Shown here piece after piece: positions 17,014-38,678 of a DNA stretch of 64,000 nucleotides; position 1 is the first letter of the stretch, and every line of letters starts with the position of its first letter. Under the pieces are notes generated by a model. It searched no databases, had not been told where the DNA came from, and saw nothing but the letters and a program-made list of their open reading frames with translations. This stretch comes from Chrysomallon squamiferum (taxonomy: Eukaryota > Animalia > Mollusca): NCBI GenBank assembly GCA_012295275.1, contig CM022677.1, positions 22,320,001-22,384,000 of the forward strand, in the 5' to 3' direction. The translations under genes and the position numbers were made by a program.

Positions 17014-17026
17014 TGTGTGTGTGTGT
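15850..17026. repeat. Complex (GT)-rich microsatellite with higher-order repetition
   Basis: Interrupted (TG)n with recurrent gttgtg, gcgtg and cctgtg variants. Confidence 0.95.
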
Positions 17027-17067
17027 TACAGTAACGTCTTCATTCTTGACTGTACTTATTCACAATT

Positions 17068-17430
17068 ATAACTCTACAATATGATACTTCAAACATTCTA
17101 CAAAACAAATTATCTCCCTTCATCTAATACATTTAAATACAGTAAACAGGTGAGTAGGAGAGAAAAATATACTAAAAATAAAATACTGTTGATTTCTTAA
17201 AACGAAACGAATTAAATCCCTGTATATTCAGAGTGTGTCTACTGTCAATAAAAACTGAGTTATTCCAAACTGTATATCATAAAAATAAAGTAGGAAAACA
17301 TAACATAAACAGTAATAGTAGTAGTAGTTGTAGGAGTAGTAGAAGACGTTCAGTTTCAACTACATTTATATGATAGAAATAGTTAAATAAGATGTAGCAA
17401 CAGAATTAGTAGTAAGGCAGATATTTTACT
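17068..17430 (+). repeat. Second copy of the 27-410 segment
   Basis: Near-identical by eye to positions 27-410. Confidence 0.9.
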
Positions 17431-18472
17431 TTTTATTTTTATAATTATTCCATTTGTCGACGTTTGTGACGCAAACATGCTTCTTTTTTCTTTATTTTAT
17501 ATCAGTGTATACGAAAGACAGAGAGATAGAGAGAAGCACACAGGCAGATAGACGGACATACAGACAGGTACACAGACACTGATTACATGACGACAATTCG
17601 TGTTCGTATGTGTGTATATAATTTTGTGTAGTTTTTAAACATAGCTACTAATTTACGTTGTAGCTTGAAAAAATCTAGATCTGTATATTCTGATATCAAC
17701 TTGAAGTCTAAAACATATACCTTGATATCTAGGTCAGACTGACTATAACAAGAGCAACACGCCTTACCAATTAATGTTTTTATTTAAATAAGATACACAG
17801 ATCACAAGTTTTTCCTTTGTCAAAATTACATAAAGAAAATATTAAACAATTTTATTTTAACCACATGATATTCACATTTCATTAAACTAAAATATAATAT
17901 CCACTATTTCACAGTGAATGTTACATATCGTACACAATTAATTAAGTAAAACATAAGAATGGACACATTTTGTTGTGTTCAGTCTGTGCGAAGATAAAAG
18001 TGAGGAAGGAAGGAAGTCAGTAACGATGTTCTCAGAATATTGCATTTACAGTTATTAAAGTGTTAAACATACATAGACAATTTACAGCTGCCAACATAGC
18101 AATATCTGACACTAGAACGTAATTTCCACTAAGCAGTCACTGGCTTACCAAAACACTGAATAAGATGATGCTTCTAGTAGTTTATGTTTTTGGAAGAAAT
18201 AACTCTATAGAAACACATTTTCTTTATGGTCACAAAAAGCAGACCATCACTGATGACGGTCGGATGAAAAACGAATCTGTTTTGAGCTCTCAGGTTTTTA
18301 ATGTTGCAAAGTGAAGCTTCTAGCAGATTGGTCACGTGGTAATACGTAAAGAAAGAGTCACGTGTCCTGGTTCATCATCCTCGTCTGACATCAACCGGAG
18401 ATCTGTGAACTGTGTTGTGATTCACCAGATTATCAGACGATTGAAAAAAAGAATTATAAAAATATATATAAA

Positions 18473-18532
<60 letters not shown>

Positions 18533-19033
18533 AATACACATTTCTTCTCCGAGAATTGCTCTGCAATAGAAATAAATAGTCTGTCTGTAACGAAAACTGA
18601 ACTGAACAACTATTTTAATTTTAATTTCAATTTTTGTTTCGTTTTATTTTTTTATTATTTTTTTTTATTTATTTATTTATTTATTGTTGTTGTTGTTGTT
18701 GTTATTAACATTTTTGTGATCAATTTGATTTTTAGTGTGAACTGATGAACTGACATTATTTTGTTTATTTATTTATTTTCTGATTTTCAAATGCTCAACG
18801 GAATTAGTTTATAAATTGTCTATTTTTAAATGTTTATTTTAATTATTTTTTCTATTTTTAAATGCTGAAAATCATTTTATTTATTATTTTTTCCCCTGAT
18901 TTTTGGTTAGGACACATTATTTATGCAAAAAAACTCTCAGAAAATAATTAAATTAAGAATATTCTTTAAAGTAAAATTATAATTGCTTAGTGTTTCCACA
19001 GTGGTAACTACACTAAATCTAACTGAATGTTAA

Positions 19034-19130
<97 letters not shown>

Positions 19131-19763
19131 GGACATAAAATTAAAATTTTTAATTACATAATATATTTAGACAGAAACTGAATATATTTATTGTGAAGAT
19201 AATAAATAAATCAACAGCAAACATTCTGATACATATATTCATGTATGTGATGTCAGCAAGTAAAACTCTGTTATAATATCAGTTTGGTTCAAATATTGAT
19301 AGAACTTGAGAAAAAAAAGAAAAAAGTTAAAATGTGCAGTGCTGTTGTAAATAAGAGATATTCGAAAGAAAAGGTCTATTTCTCACTGAAAACATGTAAT
19401 TTTGAACTTAATTTGATTTCAGAATTTTATGTATATATATATTTTTATTGCTTGACATTCCATAATATCACTGAGAAACAGCTAATTAGAATAATTAACT
19501 TGTTTAAAACTTTAAAACAATAATAAAAAATAATAATAATAATAAATAAAAATAAATAATTATTAAAAACAATTTTTTTTTTATAAATTCTTTATAATTA
19601 TATTAATTATCCATCTAAACGTAAATGTGACTGAAATAAATTGCAGAATAATGCTACTTATAAAGTAAATTGCTTGACTGTACCACAATCCATAGTTTTC
19701 TATAAATTCAGTGGATCAGAATACAAGTATAAGCGGAAGAAGAAAACTGAAGAGTACCTCTTG

Positions 19764-26520
<6,757 letters not shown>

Positions 26521-26578
26521 TAGATAAAAGTGTCACTTGTTTAATGAGTTGCAGCCTTTCTGAAAATCTGAAAAAAAT

Positions 26579-26609
<31 letters not shown>

Positions 26610-26776
26610 GGTATAAATAATTTAAAAGTAAAGCAATTCTTACGACTTAGAAAGAAACAAAGCAACAATGTAAAATGGGTCATATTCCTTAATTTAAAAT
26701 AATTATTGTAAGAGAATAAAAAGTAGTTAGTTATCCATTTTTTTTTATTTTTTTTATTTATTTATTTAAATTGTAT

Positions 26777-26819
<43 letters not shown>

Positions 26820-27401
26820 TTTTAATATTTATTTATTTATTTTCTTAAAATTATTTTTTACGACTTTAAATGTTTGTTAAATACTGGCAAGCAAAAACAT
26901 ATTTTTCTTTTGAGAATAAATTCGTATAAGGTTTCTCATCGTTTAAACAACGCTTAAAATATTAGTGTGAAAAATTAAATTTAATAATTATGCTGTAATT
27001 TGTGCCGATAAATTAATTTTTATTAAATGTTACCCAAAATGGATCATTAATATAGAAAAAGTCGAGTTAGATAGAGTAAAATAGAGGAAAATAATATTCT
27101 TCGACGCCAAAAATAGATGATTTTTAAACTTTACTTGCTGGACAGGCGACTATCAATTATTTATGTGATATACAGAAAATAGTCAACGGCGATGAAAAAC
27201 AAAGAACACAAAGTGAACGTTTGGTTTCAGTGACGCCTTTCTTCTACAGTGCTCGGAAAGTGAACGTGTTTTTTGTAATACACTCACACACGCAAATTCA
27301 CGCATACACACACACACACAGATACAGTTCACACAGGCCATACGCACACATATATATGTAGTTTGATAAATATGTAACATGACTGTGTGTATGAACTCGG
27401 T

Positions 27402-28065
27402 CAGATATGTAAACAAACACACTGAACTGAGATAAAGACAGAGATTAAATGTTACTGATACATACAGATATGTAAACAAATACACTGAACTGAGATAAAG
27501 ACAGAGATTACGTTTTACTGATAGCTACAGATATGTAAACAAATACACTGAACTGAGATAAAGACAGAGATTACGTTTTACTGATAGACAGAGATTATGT
27601 TTTACTGATAGCTACAGATATGTAAACAAATACACTGAACTGAGATAAAGACAGAGATTACGTTTTACTGATACATACAGATATGTAAACAAACACACTG
27701 AACTGAGATAAAGACAGAGATTAAATGTTACTGATACATACAGATATGTAAACAAATACACTGAACTGAGATAAAGACAGAGATTATGTTTTACTGATAG
27801 CTACAGATATGTAAACAAATACACTGAACTGAGATAAAGACAGAGATTAAATGTTACTGATAGCTACAGATATGTTAACAAATACACTGAACTGAGATAA
27901 AGACAGAGATTATGTTTTACTGATAGCTACAGATATGTAAACAAATACACTGAACTGAGATAAAGACAGAGATTACGTTTTACTGATACATACAGATATG
28001 TAAACAAACACACTGAACTGAGGTAAAGACAAAGATTACGTTTTACTGATACATACAGATATATG
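27402..28065. repeat. 63-bp minisatellite, ~10 copies
   Basis: Unit cagatatgtaaacaaatacactgaactgagataaagacagagattacgttttactgatagcta; the first two copies start at 27402 and 27465. Confidence 0.95.
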
Positions 28066-28479
28066 TCTCATGTGAGAATAAAAAATGAGAAAAGGTTTTT
28101 ATCTGTATTTATAACTTATAAAATCTTTACAGTTTCATTAATTTGATAGACATATCAACTGGTTTGTAGGACAGAGAAATATAAATAAATAAAAAAGACA
28201 AATATATATATATATTTTTTCTTTCTTTCTTTCTTTTTCTTTCTTTCTTTCGTTTTCTTTCTGAGTTTTTTTTCTTTCTGTATAAAAGTTATTTTATTTC
28301 TAACATAATAAGCTAACATAAGCACAATCTGGGTATATAAACTAAATGAATAAATATTCTAATTGTCTTTGCACTTCATTAGATGGCATGTAACGGGTAG
28401 GTTTTTCTCAGTAACTAAATACCAATGTCTTGCACAAAATAATTTGCGAATTTGGTTTTGAGAAAGAAAAATGCTACAG

Positions 28480-28530
28480 CCCATCGCCAGACACGACTGT
28501 ACTCTAACCACTGAGCCACACCCTCCAGTA
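28480..28530 (-). mobile_element. Possible degenerate tRNA-derived SINE head (A-box only)
   Basis: Minus strand reads GGGTGTGGCTCAGTGGTTAGAGT, resembling a tRNA 5' half / Pol III A box. No B box or cloverleaf follows. Confidence 0.3.
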
Positions 28531-28617
28531 TAACCAGCGCGTGAATCACCCGTAAAAGTATGTAGAGAAATTTAGTTAAATAACCTAAATTACAAAGTTT
28601 TATTTTAAAATATCTTA

Positions 28618-28664
<47 letters not shown>

Positions 28665-29168
28665 TGTCTTACCGTTGTCATTCAATATGAAATAATTGTA
28701 ACACCTGGAATGATTATTTTTCTCTTCGTCTGCAATCTCGATTTGTGATTGAAGTGTTTTGTGCGCACGACACGGACTGAATAAACAGAGAAATGGTGAA
28801 AACTTACAAATCATCTGTACCACATTTCCTTCTTTTGAGAAAAAAATCCTTAGCGATCAATATTCTTGTGGTAAAATAAACAAGAATAAAAATGGCAACT
28901 GACGTAATATAACTTCTGCAGCATGGTTAAAATTAGAAATGTTTGTCACAGTCTGTCACACTTGTAGTTATAATAGACACAACAACTCGTAGGTATAAGG
29001 AAAGAGAAACATAATACATTTCGACGCCAAAAATAGATCTTGTGCAAACATGTATAGTGAACTGGCGGGTATCCTGTCTTTATAACAGAATAAATGAACT
29101 GTACGACTGGAAAACCAGATACAAAGTGAACGTGTGATTTTAGTCACGTACACATAATAATATTAAAA

Positions 29169-29232
<64 letters not shown>

Positions 29233-29679
29233 TTTTTCAATTTACATTTATGTATTATATAGCTTTACTTCGTTACAAATAAATAAATAAATAAATACAT
29301 AATATTAACTGTTATATTCCTTACATTTTAGGAATATATATTTGACTGGATGACAAAATACCACACGTATCACACTGTTTGTTCCCATTCAAAGGCCACT
29401 CAACAAGATCTCTAAAGCCCGGGTTCAAAACACATATCTATAGATCTCCACTGAGGTGTGAAAAATGGCATCTATTCATGTATTTTGTTTAAAGACTAAC
29501 GTAAATTCAATGTGCAATAATAATCGGATTATACTTTACTTACTCGTGTGTAATGTTCTTTTTCGTTGTTTGCATTCATTTACTTATTTAATTATATTTA
29601 TAGGTATTTTACATTACTATCCTCAGTTTCAATTTACTATAAAAATAATAATTAGTATGAATTATCAGACAAATTTAAC

Positions 29680-30205
<526 letters not shown>

Positions 30206-30959
30206 CAAAAATGGATGCAAAAACAAAACACTGCACAAGGAAGCAAAGATTATAATTTTGTTTTTAAAGTATTTCCGGTATTACTGAAACAAAACTATGT
30301 TAATTAATAAGTAAATTAAACAGTAGAACAAATAGTAGTAGTAGTAGTAGTAGTAGTAGTATATAGTCATTAAGTCCATTCATTATTTAATTAGTTAAGC
30401 AGTGAATTTTACAGTTTTGTGAGTAATAAGTCCTCTCTTTAGTTTTGAACTTTATGTGACGTCATTCATTGCGATCATAAAAATGTAAAACTTTTGAAAA
30501 GTTATTTTAATAACTGTTTAGTTAATAATATGTTTCGATCTGACAAACTGTCAAGACATTTTGCTATTATAATGTTTTCAGCGCTGCTGTTAAATGTCTG
30601 ACGATAGTCTATTTGTCCAACTATCTTTCTCAGTTTTCTTTCAGACCATTAATTTCTACAAATCTCAGTACCGGCCCTGTCACCCTCCTCTGTGATTACT
30701 GTGAATCAGTCCCTTGTTTAGACTAACTTGAACACGCACAATAGAGAACAGACAAAACATAATCTTTAGTGTCATATGTAATTTAATACGTAATCACGTT
30801 TTTAATACCTCGGCTATTTCTTTTGTTTCCTTTGTTTAACCTACCAGTTTACTTATCATCATCATCAAATCAAAAGAGCTTAGAAATAAGTATATAGTTT
30901 ATTTGTGTAGTGATGTGTAACATTTCTTTTCGTTGTTTACACGTATGAATGAGACGGGG

Positions 30960-31442
<483 letters not shown>

Positions 31443-32339
31443 ATTTGCATTATAAACTATTTTAGAATGATGACAAACGGTATTTAATTTTAGCATTGCA
31501 AATATCATATCCCGTTGGCTATAGGTTACGAATTTTAGGTAATTGAAAAAAAAAAAAATTATAAAATAAAAAAAAAAAATAAAAAACAAAACAACAAATA
31601 AACAAAAGAAAGAAACAAAACAATATCGTTTTGTTCATCATACTAAAAACACTGAATCATCAGTTCCGGCCCTCTTCCCCTCCTCTGTGACTGTTGTGAA
31701 TCAGTCCCTTGCTTTAGCTAACTTGAACGAGCACAACAAAGAAAAGACGATAGAAATCTCAACACCCGCATTTAAGACACACGATTATAGATCTGAAGTG
31801 AGGTATCCAGTTTAGTACGTAGTCACGACTTTGATAGTAACCATTGATTTGTGCACCTGTTACTGACAGAGGGGATCAAAGAGCAGCTTTTATGTCTGTG
31901 AACATTTTATACATGCTTAACACAATAATAATAATAATAATACAAAAAATAACGATAAAAATAATAATAATAAGTATACAGATGATAATAATAATGATGA
32001 TGATGATAATGATTTTTTATATTATTATTATTATTAATCTTATTATTCTTCTTCTTCTTCTTATTATTATTATTATTATGATGGTGACTGAAATAACAAA
32101 TAACAAAAACGCGTTAAGAATAAAGAAAAATAATAAAAAAACGAGATAGGAAACCAAATGAAAACCTAAAGGGAAACAGACTGGAAAAAACAAAACAAAA
32201 GAAAGAATAAAAAAAAATATATATATATTTTTTTGCTGTAATAAAAATGTTTTGGTACAGATTTCTCAAAACAGATGAAAGCATTCTGTAATTTTTTCGT
32301 AAATGTACAGAAAAATAAAAGTACTTTTCGTTTTAGAGG

Positions 32340-32537
32340 AAAAGCAAATAATCATCAATCTTAAAGATCATTAAAGTCAAAGTAAATTGATATCTTTCCA
32401 ATCAATCAACTTACCCAGAAGCTTCACATAAGTTAAATGTTACTTATTGTTAGCTCACCGTTAATCTAATTTATAAATTTTGTGTATATATAGAGGAAGG
32501 AAGATAACACATTAAATTCATTCCCGATACCAACACA
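32340..32537 (+). promoter_or_regulatory. Promoter, TATA box (32485-32492) and short non-coding exon 1 (donor at 32538) of Gly-rich gene copy A
   Basis: Block ...gtcaaagtaaattgat..ttccaatcaatcaac..ttaaatgttac..gtgtatatatagagg..tcattcccgataccaacaca|gtaagt, conserved upstream of every full-length copy. Confidence 0.75.
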
Positions 32538-32875
32538 GTAAGTAAACCAGTGAAGAGTTTTCTTTCTGTTTATCAATTAGTATTGAAAAAAAGATATCTA
32601 CAAGCCTAAATAATTGCTATGACTTGCCTACTGATTATGTCTCTGCTAAGCAAATCAAAAGAAAATGAACATGGAAATAATGATAAGACATTTGAAATCT
32701 AATAGATTACGAAGTGTTCTATCTGTACTACAATTCTGTATTTACAAAACTCAATTTCGTGTTTTCGTTTAATTGTCTCTTCTCATCGCGTAATTTGATG
32801 TATTTCAAAGCTGGAAGTTTACGATCAAGTAATATCAGCATTTCATTTCTTCTCTCTTTTTTGTAGCTCTTTAAA

Positions 32876-33342
32876 ATGATGAAAGCTGTTTTCGTCGTTC
32901 TTGCCGTCTGCTTGTCTCTTGCCTGTGCCGGACAAACCTATTATGGAAACTCTGGTGGATATTACGGAAAAGGTAATGGAGGTTTAGGTGGATGGGAGGT
33001 TTTGGTGGAGGACACGGAGGAGGATGGGGAGGTTTCGGAGGAGGTAAAGGAGGACACGGAGGAGGATGGGGAGGATTTGGAGGAGGTAAAGGAGGATATG
33101 GAGGAGGATGGGGAGGTTTCGGAGGAGGACACGGAGGAGGATGGGGAGGTTTCGGAGGAGGTAAAGGAGGATTTGGAGGAGGATGGGGAGGTTTCGGTGG
33201 AGGTAAAGGAGGATATGGAGGCGGATATGGGGGAGGATACGGAAATATCGGGGGAGGATACGGAGGCGGATACGGAGGCGGATACGGAGGCGGATACGGA
33301 GGATACGGAAACCAATACGGAGGCGGATACAACGCATACTGA
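32876..33342 (+). pseudogene. Gly-rich secreted protein copy A with a 1-bp deletion at 32994-32996 (GGG instead of GGGG); pseudogene, frameshift allele or homopolymer sequencing error
   Basis: Signal peptide is identical to the intact paralogs. Span is 467 nt (468-1). The Gly frame resumes in ORF 32992..33342, ending GGGYNAY-stop. Confidence 0.75.
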
Positions 33343-34842
33343 AAAGGTGAGAAAATATATTTATTCCACAGAGTTAATTAATGCGTTTACAAGATGTCAT
33401 TTAATATTTTGTTTAGTTTAATGTACCAAACTTACACAGTGGCTGAAGAAATAATTTCAACTGTTTATGACAATTTTCATTCAGAGTACATCAAGAATAA
33501 CACATTTTTTTCTATTAATGTTTGTCTTTCTATTGCATAATTATAATTTTCTTCTTATCTATTTCAGCTTCATTGGATGTTTTATATTTTCAGGTAATAC
33601 TTCAATGAACATCATATTTCCGTGTGGGAAAAATAAAATGATATTAAAACTTTAAAAAATCATTCTTGTTTTTATTTCAATCTTAGTTTATACTTTACCG
33701 ATAAGATGCAAATACACTATAAACATTCTAAAACACAGATTTAAATAAATGTGGAATGTACGTATCTCAAAATTATTTATTTAATTTAAATGTTATGAAA
33801 TAGAACTCAACATATTTAAATATATACAGGCATACATACATATATGCCAGATACACGCACATATACACACACATACACACATACATGCATACATACCATA
33901 TACCCTCAAACACACATGCAGACATACACACATAGATACAATATACTCAGATACACACACATACAGACACACATGGACACATATACACATACATATATAT
34001 ACATACCACATGCACACACATACACACCGATACACAGATACATACATATATACACACATACACACAGATACACACATGCACACATACACACATACATATA
34101 TACATACCACATGCACACACATGTACAGACACACACACATACAGAGAGGGATACAGATGTACATAAACACAGTCATGCATACTTACACACATTCTCACAC
34201 GTAACAATACAGAGGAACGTACACACATGCTTACATATATATCTACACAGATACAATCATACATATATACATACGTACCCAGATAGAGAATTACGTACAT
34301 ACGTACATCGTCAGTCTGAAACACTATGAAATAATTGAAGTTTTCGTAAAAACGACTTATTATTGTTACTTTTGTTGTTGTCCTTTCAAAGCAATTCTAT
34401 GAACTACGCTGAAGTGGTGTACGAGTTTGATGTGTTTGGTGACTTTCTATTAAAAACTGTTAAATAAAATAAATAAAAATCTTAAAGAACGCAGTTTTCA
34501 TTTAGGAAGTGAAATAATGAGCAAAAGAGAAGTTGTACAACGTGCCTCTGTATATTGGTATGTAACTATCTACGTGAGAATGTGTATAAGAATCCATGAA
34601 TATTTGTATTTATATCTGTATGACATTTTGTGTCTATGTATGTATGTATGTCTGTATGTATGTATGTGTGAATATATGTATGTACATAGGTATGTGTGTG
34701 TGTGTGTGGTATGTATATATTTCTGTATTATTTTACAGTTAGTGACTTGTATTTCATAACATTTCTAATTTTACGATACGTACACACGACATTTATTTAC
34801 ATCTGTGTCTTAGTATGTTCAATAGTGCATTTGCTTCTCTTC

Positions 34843-35146
34843 GGATTCAATGGTGGATATTACGGAAAAGGAAATGGAGGTTTAGGCAGTTACGGAAAAG
34901 GTGGATGGGGAGGTTTTGGAGGAGGTAAAGGAGGATATGGAGGAGGATGGGGAGGTTTCGGAGGAGGTAAAGGAGGATATGGAGGAGGATGGGGAGGTTT
35001 CGGAGGAGGACACGGAGGAGGATGGGGAGGTTTCGGAGGAGGTAAAGGAGGATATGGAGGCGGATATGGGGGAGGATACGGAGGCGGATAGGAGCGGATA
35101 TGGAGGATACGGAAACCAATACGGAAGCGGATACAACGCATATTGA
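34843..35146 (+). pseudogene. Gly-rich gene copy B: 5'-truncated (no promoter or signal peptide) with small deletions near the 3' end giving a premature TAG at 35089-35091
   Basis: Starts abruptly at GGA TTC AAT (GFNGGYYGKGNGGLGSYGK...) fused to an inverted 3'-flank sequence. It reads ggcggata-gga-gcggata versus paralog ggcggatacggaggcggata, and retains the normal 3' flank. Confidence 0.8.
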
Positions 35147-37574
35147 AAAGGTGAGAAAATATATTTATTCCACAGAGTTAATTAATGCGTTTACAAGATG
35201 TCAGATAATATTTTGTTTAGTTTAATGTAGCACACTGACACAGTTTCTGAAAAAATAATTTCAACACTGTTTATGACAACTTGCATTCGGAGTACATCAA
35301 GAATAGTACATATTTATCTATTAATGTGTCTGTTTCCATTTCATAATTATAATTTTCTTCTTATCTATTTCAGCTTCATTGGATGTTTTATATTTTCAGG
35401 TAATACTTCAATGAACGTCATTATTTCGTTGGGAAAAATAAAATATTACAACTTTAAAAAATCATTCTTGTTTTTATTTCAATCTGAGTTTATACTTTAC
35501 CGACAAGAAGCAAATACACTATATTTAAGCATTCTAAGACACAGATTTAAATAAATGTGGCTTGTACGTATGTTAAAAAGAATTATTTATTTGAAATGTT
35601 ATGAAATACAACTCACTAACTGTAAAATACATACCTAAATCTGTATGTGCCTACATACAGACACATATGGATACACTTACACACATATATACATACATGC
35701 CACAATCACACACATGCACCCATATACACACGCACACACATACACACACATACACATACATACAAAGAGGGATACAGATGTACATAAACACAGTCATGCA
35801 TACTTACACACATTCTCACAGGTAACAATGTAGATACTTACGTACCAAACTACAGAGACACGTACACACATGCTAACATATACACCTACAAACACACAAT
35901 CGTACATACATACATACGTACGTATTACACAGTAATTGTATTCATGTTTCTTAAGCACGAATTATCAAGAGATGTTGTCATGACGTATAATGAACGATAC
36001 TTGAATATGACATCATTCTCCTCAGTGAAATCTGACCTATGTGACAATCTGAACCACTTTGAACATTTTGCAACATCAGCGTCAACGTTGTCATTAAATT
36101 ATGATAGGTAATAATGACAGTGACCTATTTGAATGTTTTGTGGAAACAGCATTTTGGCACATGAAGGAAGTCTAATCGTTTTGTCTGTGAGAATCTGGAA
36201 CCCAAAATGTAAAACCTCTTCAAGTCCTTTCTACGTCGTATCCTCCTTGGTACGGAGTTTCTTTGAAAACTGTGTGTTTAATATACGCAGTCTTAGTCTA
36301 AGACATTTCATATTAAACTAATAGATTAGCAACACACAATTATCTAACAGAAATACACCTGGAATTATAAATATTATAAAATGTGAGTTTTAAGATCTTC
36401 TAAACTTACGATTTAACAAACCAAATACCATGATGTCTATAAGTTTACTTTATTTTCACAACATTAGAACCATTATGTGTGCTTAAGATACTTTAAGTTA
36501 TATGGAAGTTTTTACTTCAGTTCAGTGTGTGTATAAAAGTGAGATTTCCTTCTACGAACATTGTACTGGTTACTGAATTGGTGAAATGACCTTTTATGTA
36601 GAAAATCAACTACACATTTTATTTTATGCTGCAACAGTGTAATGCAGATATGATACGAAATACATCGAGTTTTAGAAGCGGCTGCCAAATGAAAACAAAA
36701 CTAAACAAAATAATAATAATAAAAAAAAAAAAAAAAAAAACCAGAATGACAAAAGAACAAAACTCCATGAGAAACAGAGAGGAAACAGCTAGGTTTGTTC
36801 TCTGAAACATTTATAATCCTTTTCGGAAAGAGCTGTTTACTTTCGTTCAATATGCTTGAACTTGCACATTTCCGTATCTTTCGATAATCTGTTACACACA
36901 GGACAACCTTTCTCAGTATTAGCAGCAAACCCGCGACAATTCAGAAAGTGTTTTAGGAGTTTCGAAGGGCTTCGTCGAAATTTTAGTAACAAGCATTTAA
37001 TAGAGAAACAGGAAAAGAGACCAAGAAAAACAGCAACGATTAGACTTCCTTCGTATGCTAAAATTCTGTTGCCACAAAACATTCAAATACGTCAGTGTCA
37101 TTATTACCTCATACAATTTAATCACAACGATGACGCTGATCTTGCAAAATGTCCAGATTGGTTCAGAGTGTCACATAGGTCAGATTTCAATGAGGAGAAT
37201 AATGTCATATTCAAGTATCGGTCATTTTACGTTATGACAACATTTATTGATAATTCTTCCATAAGAAACATGAATGAAATAACTGGGTAAAAGAAGATTG
37301 TGCACTTTTCAGATTTGACTACATCTGAAACAAACAGCTTCCAAGTTGTACAACTTCTCTTTAACTCATTATTTCACTTTCTAAACTAAAACTGCGTTCT
37401 TTTAGATTTTTATTTATTTTATTTAACAGTTTTTAGTAGAAAGTCACCAAACACATCAAACTTGTACACCACTTCAGCGTAGTTCATAGAATTGAAAGGA
37501 CAACAACAAAAGCAACAACAATAAGTAATTTTATGAAAAACTTAATTTATTTCATACAGTTTCAGACTGACGAT

Positions 37575-38046
<472 letters not shown>

Positions 38047-38678
38047 CGTGCCTCTGTATATTGGTATGTAAGTATCTACGTGAGAATGTGTGTTATAATC
38101 CATGAATATTTTTTTTTTATCTGTATGACTTTGTGTGTGTATGTATGTGTGTGTATATGTGGTATGTTTATATGTATGTATGAATATATGTAAGTATTAT
38201 TTTACCGTCAGTGACTTGTATTTCTAAACATTTCAAATAAATAACTAATTTTACGATACATACATTCCACATTTATTTAAATCTGTGTTTTAGAATGTTT
38301 ATAGTGTATTTGCTTCTTGTCGGTAAAGTATAAACTAAGATTGAAATAAAAACAAGAATGATTTTTTAAAGTTTTAATATTTTATTTTTTCCCACACGAG
38401 AATGTGATGTTCATTGAAGTATAACCTGAAAATATAAAACATCCAATGAAGTTGAAATAGATAAGAAGAAAATTATAATTATGAAATGGAAAGATAAACA
38501 TTAATAGATAAATATGTGTTATTATTGCTGTACTCTGAATGAAAGTTGTCATAAACAGTTTTGAAATTATTTCTTCAGCAACTGTGTAAGTGTGCTACAT
38601 TAAACTAAACAAAATATTAACTGACATCTTGTAAACGCATTAATTAACTCTGTGGAATAAATTTATTTTCTCACCTTT

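Noticed and set aside
15834-17084. Cys/Val-rich metallothionein-like ORFs
   Set aside because: Translation of a (GT)n microsatellite.
28480-28530. Functional tRNA gene
   Set aside because: Only an A-box-like 5' part is present; no T-loop/B box or acceptor-stem pairing.
36856-37290. 144-aa ORF between copies B and C
   Set aside because: Lies across non-coding flank sequence whose duplicates (35930-36180, 42250-42465, 47270-47350) do not preserve the frame; no recognisable domain.
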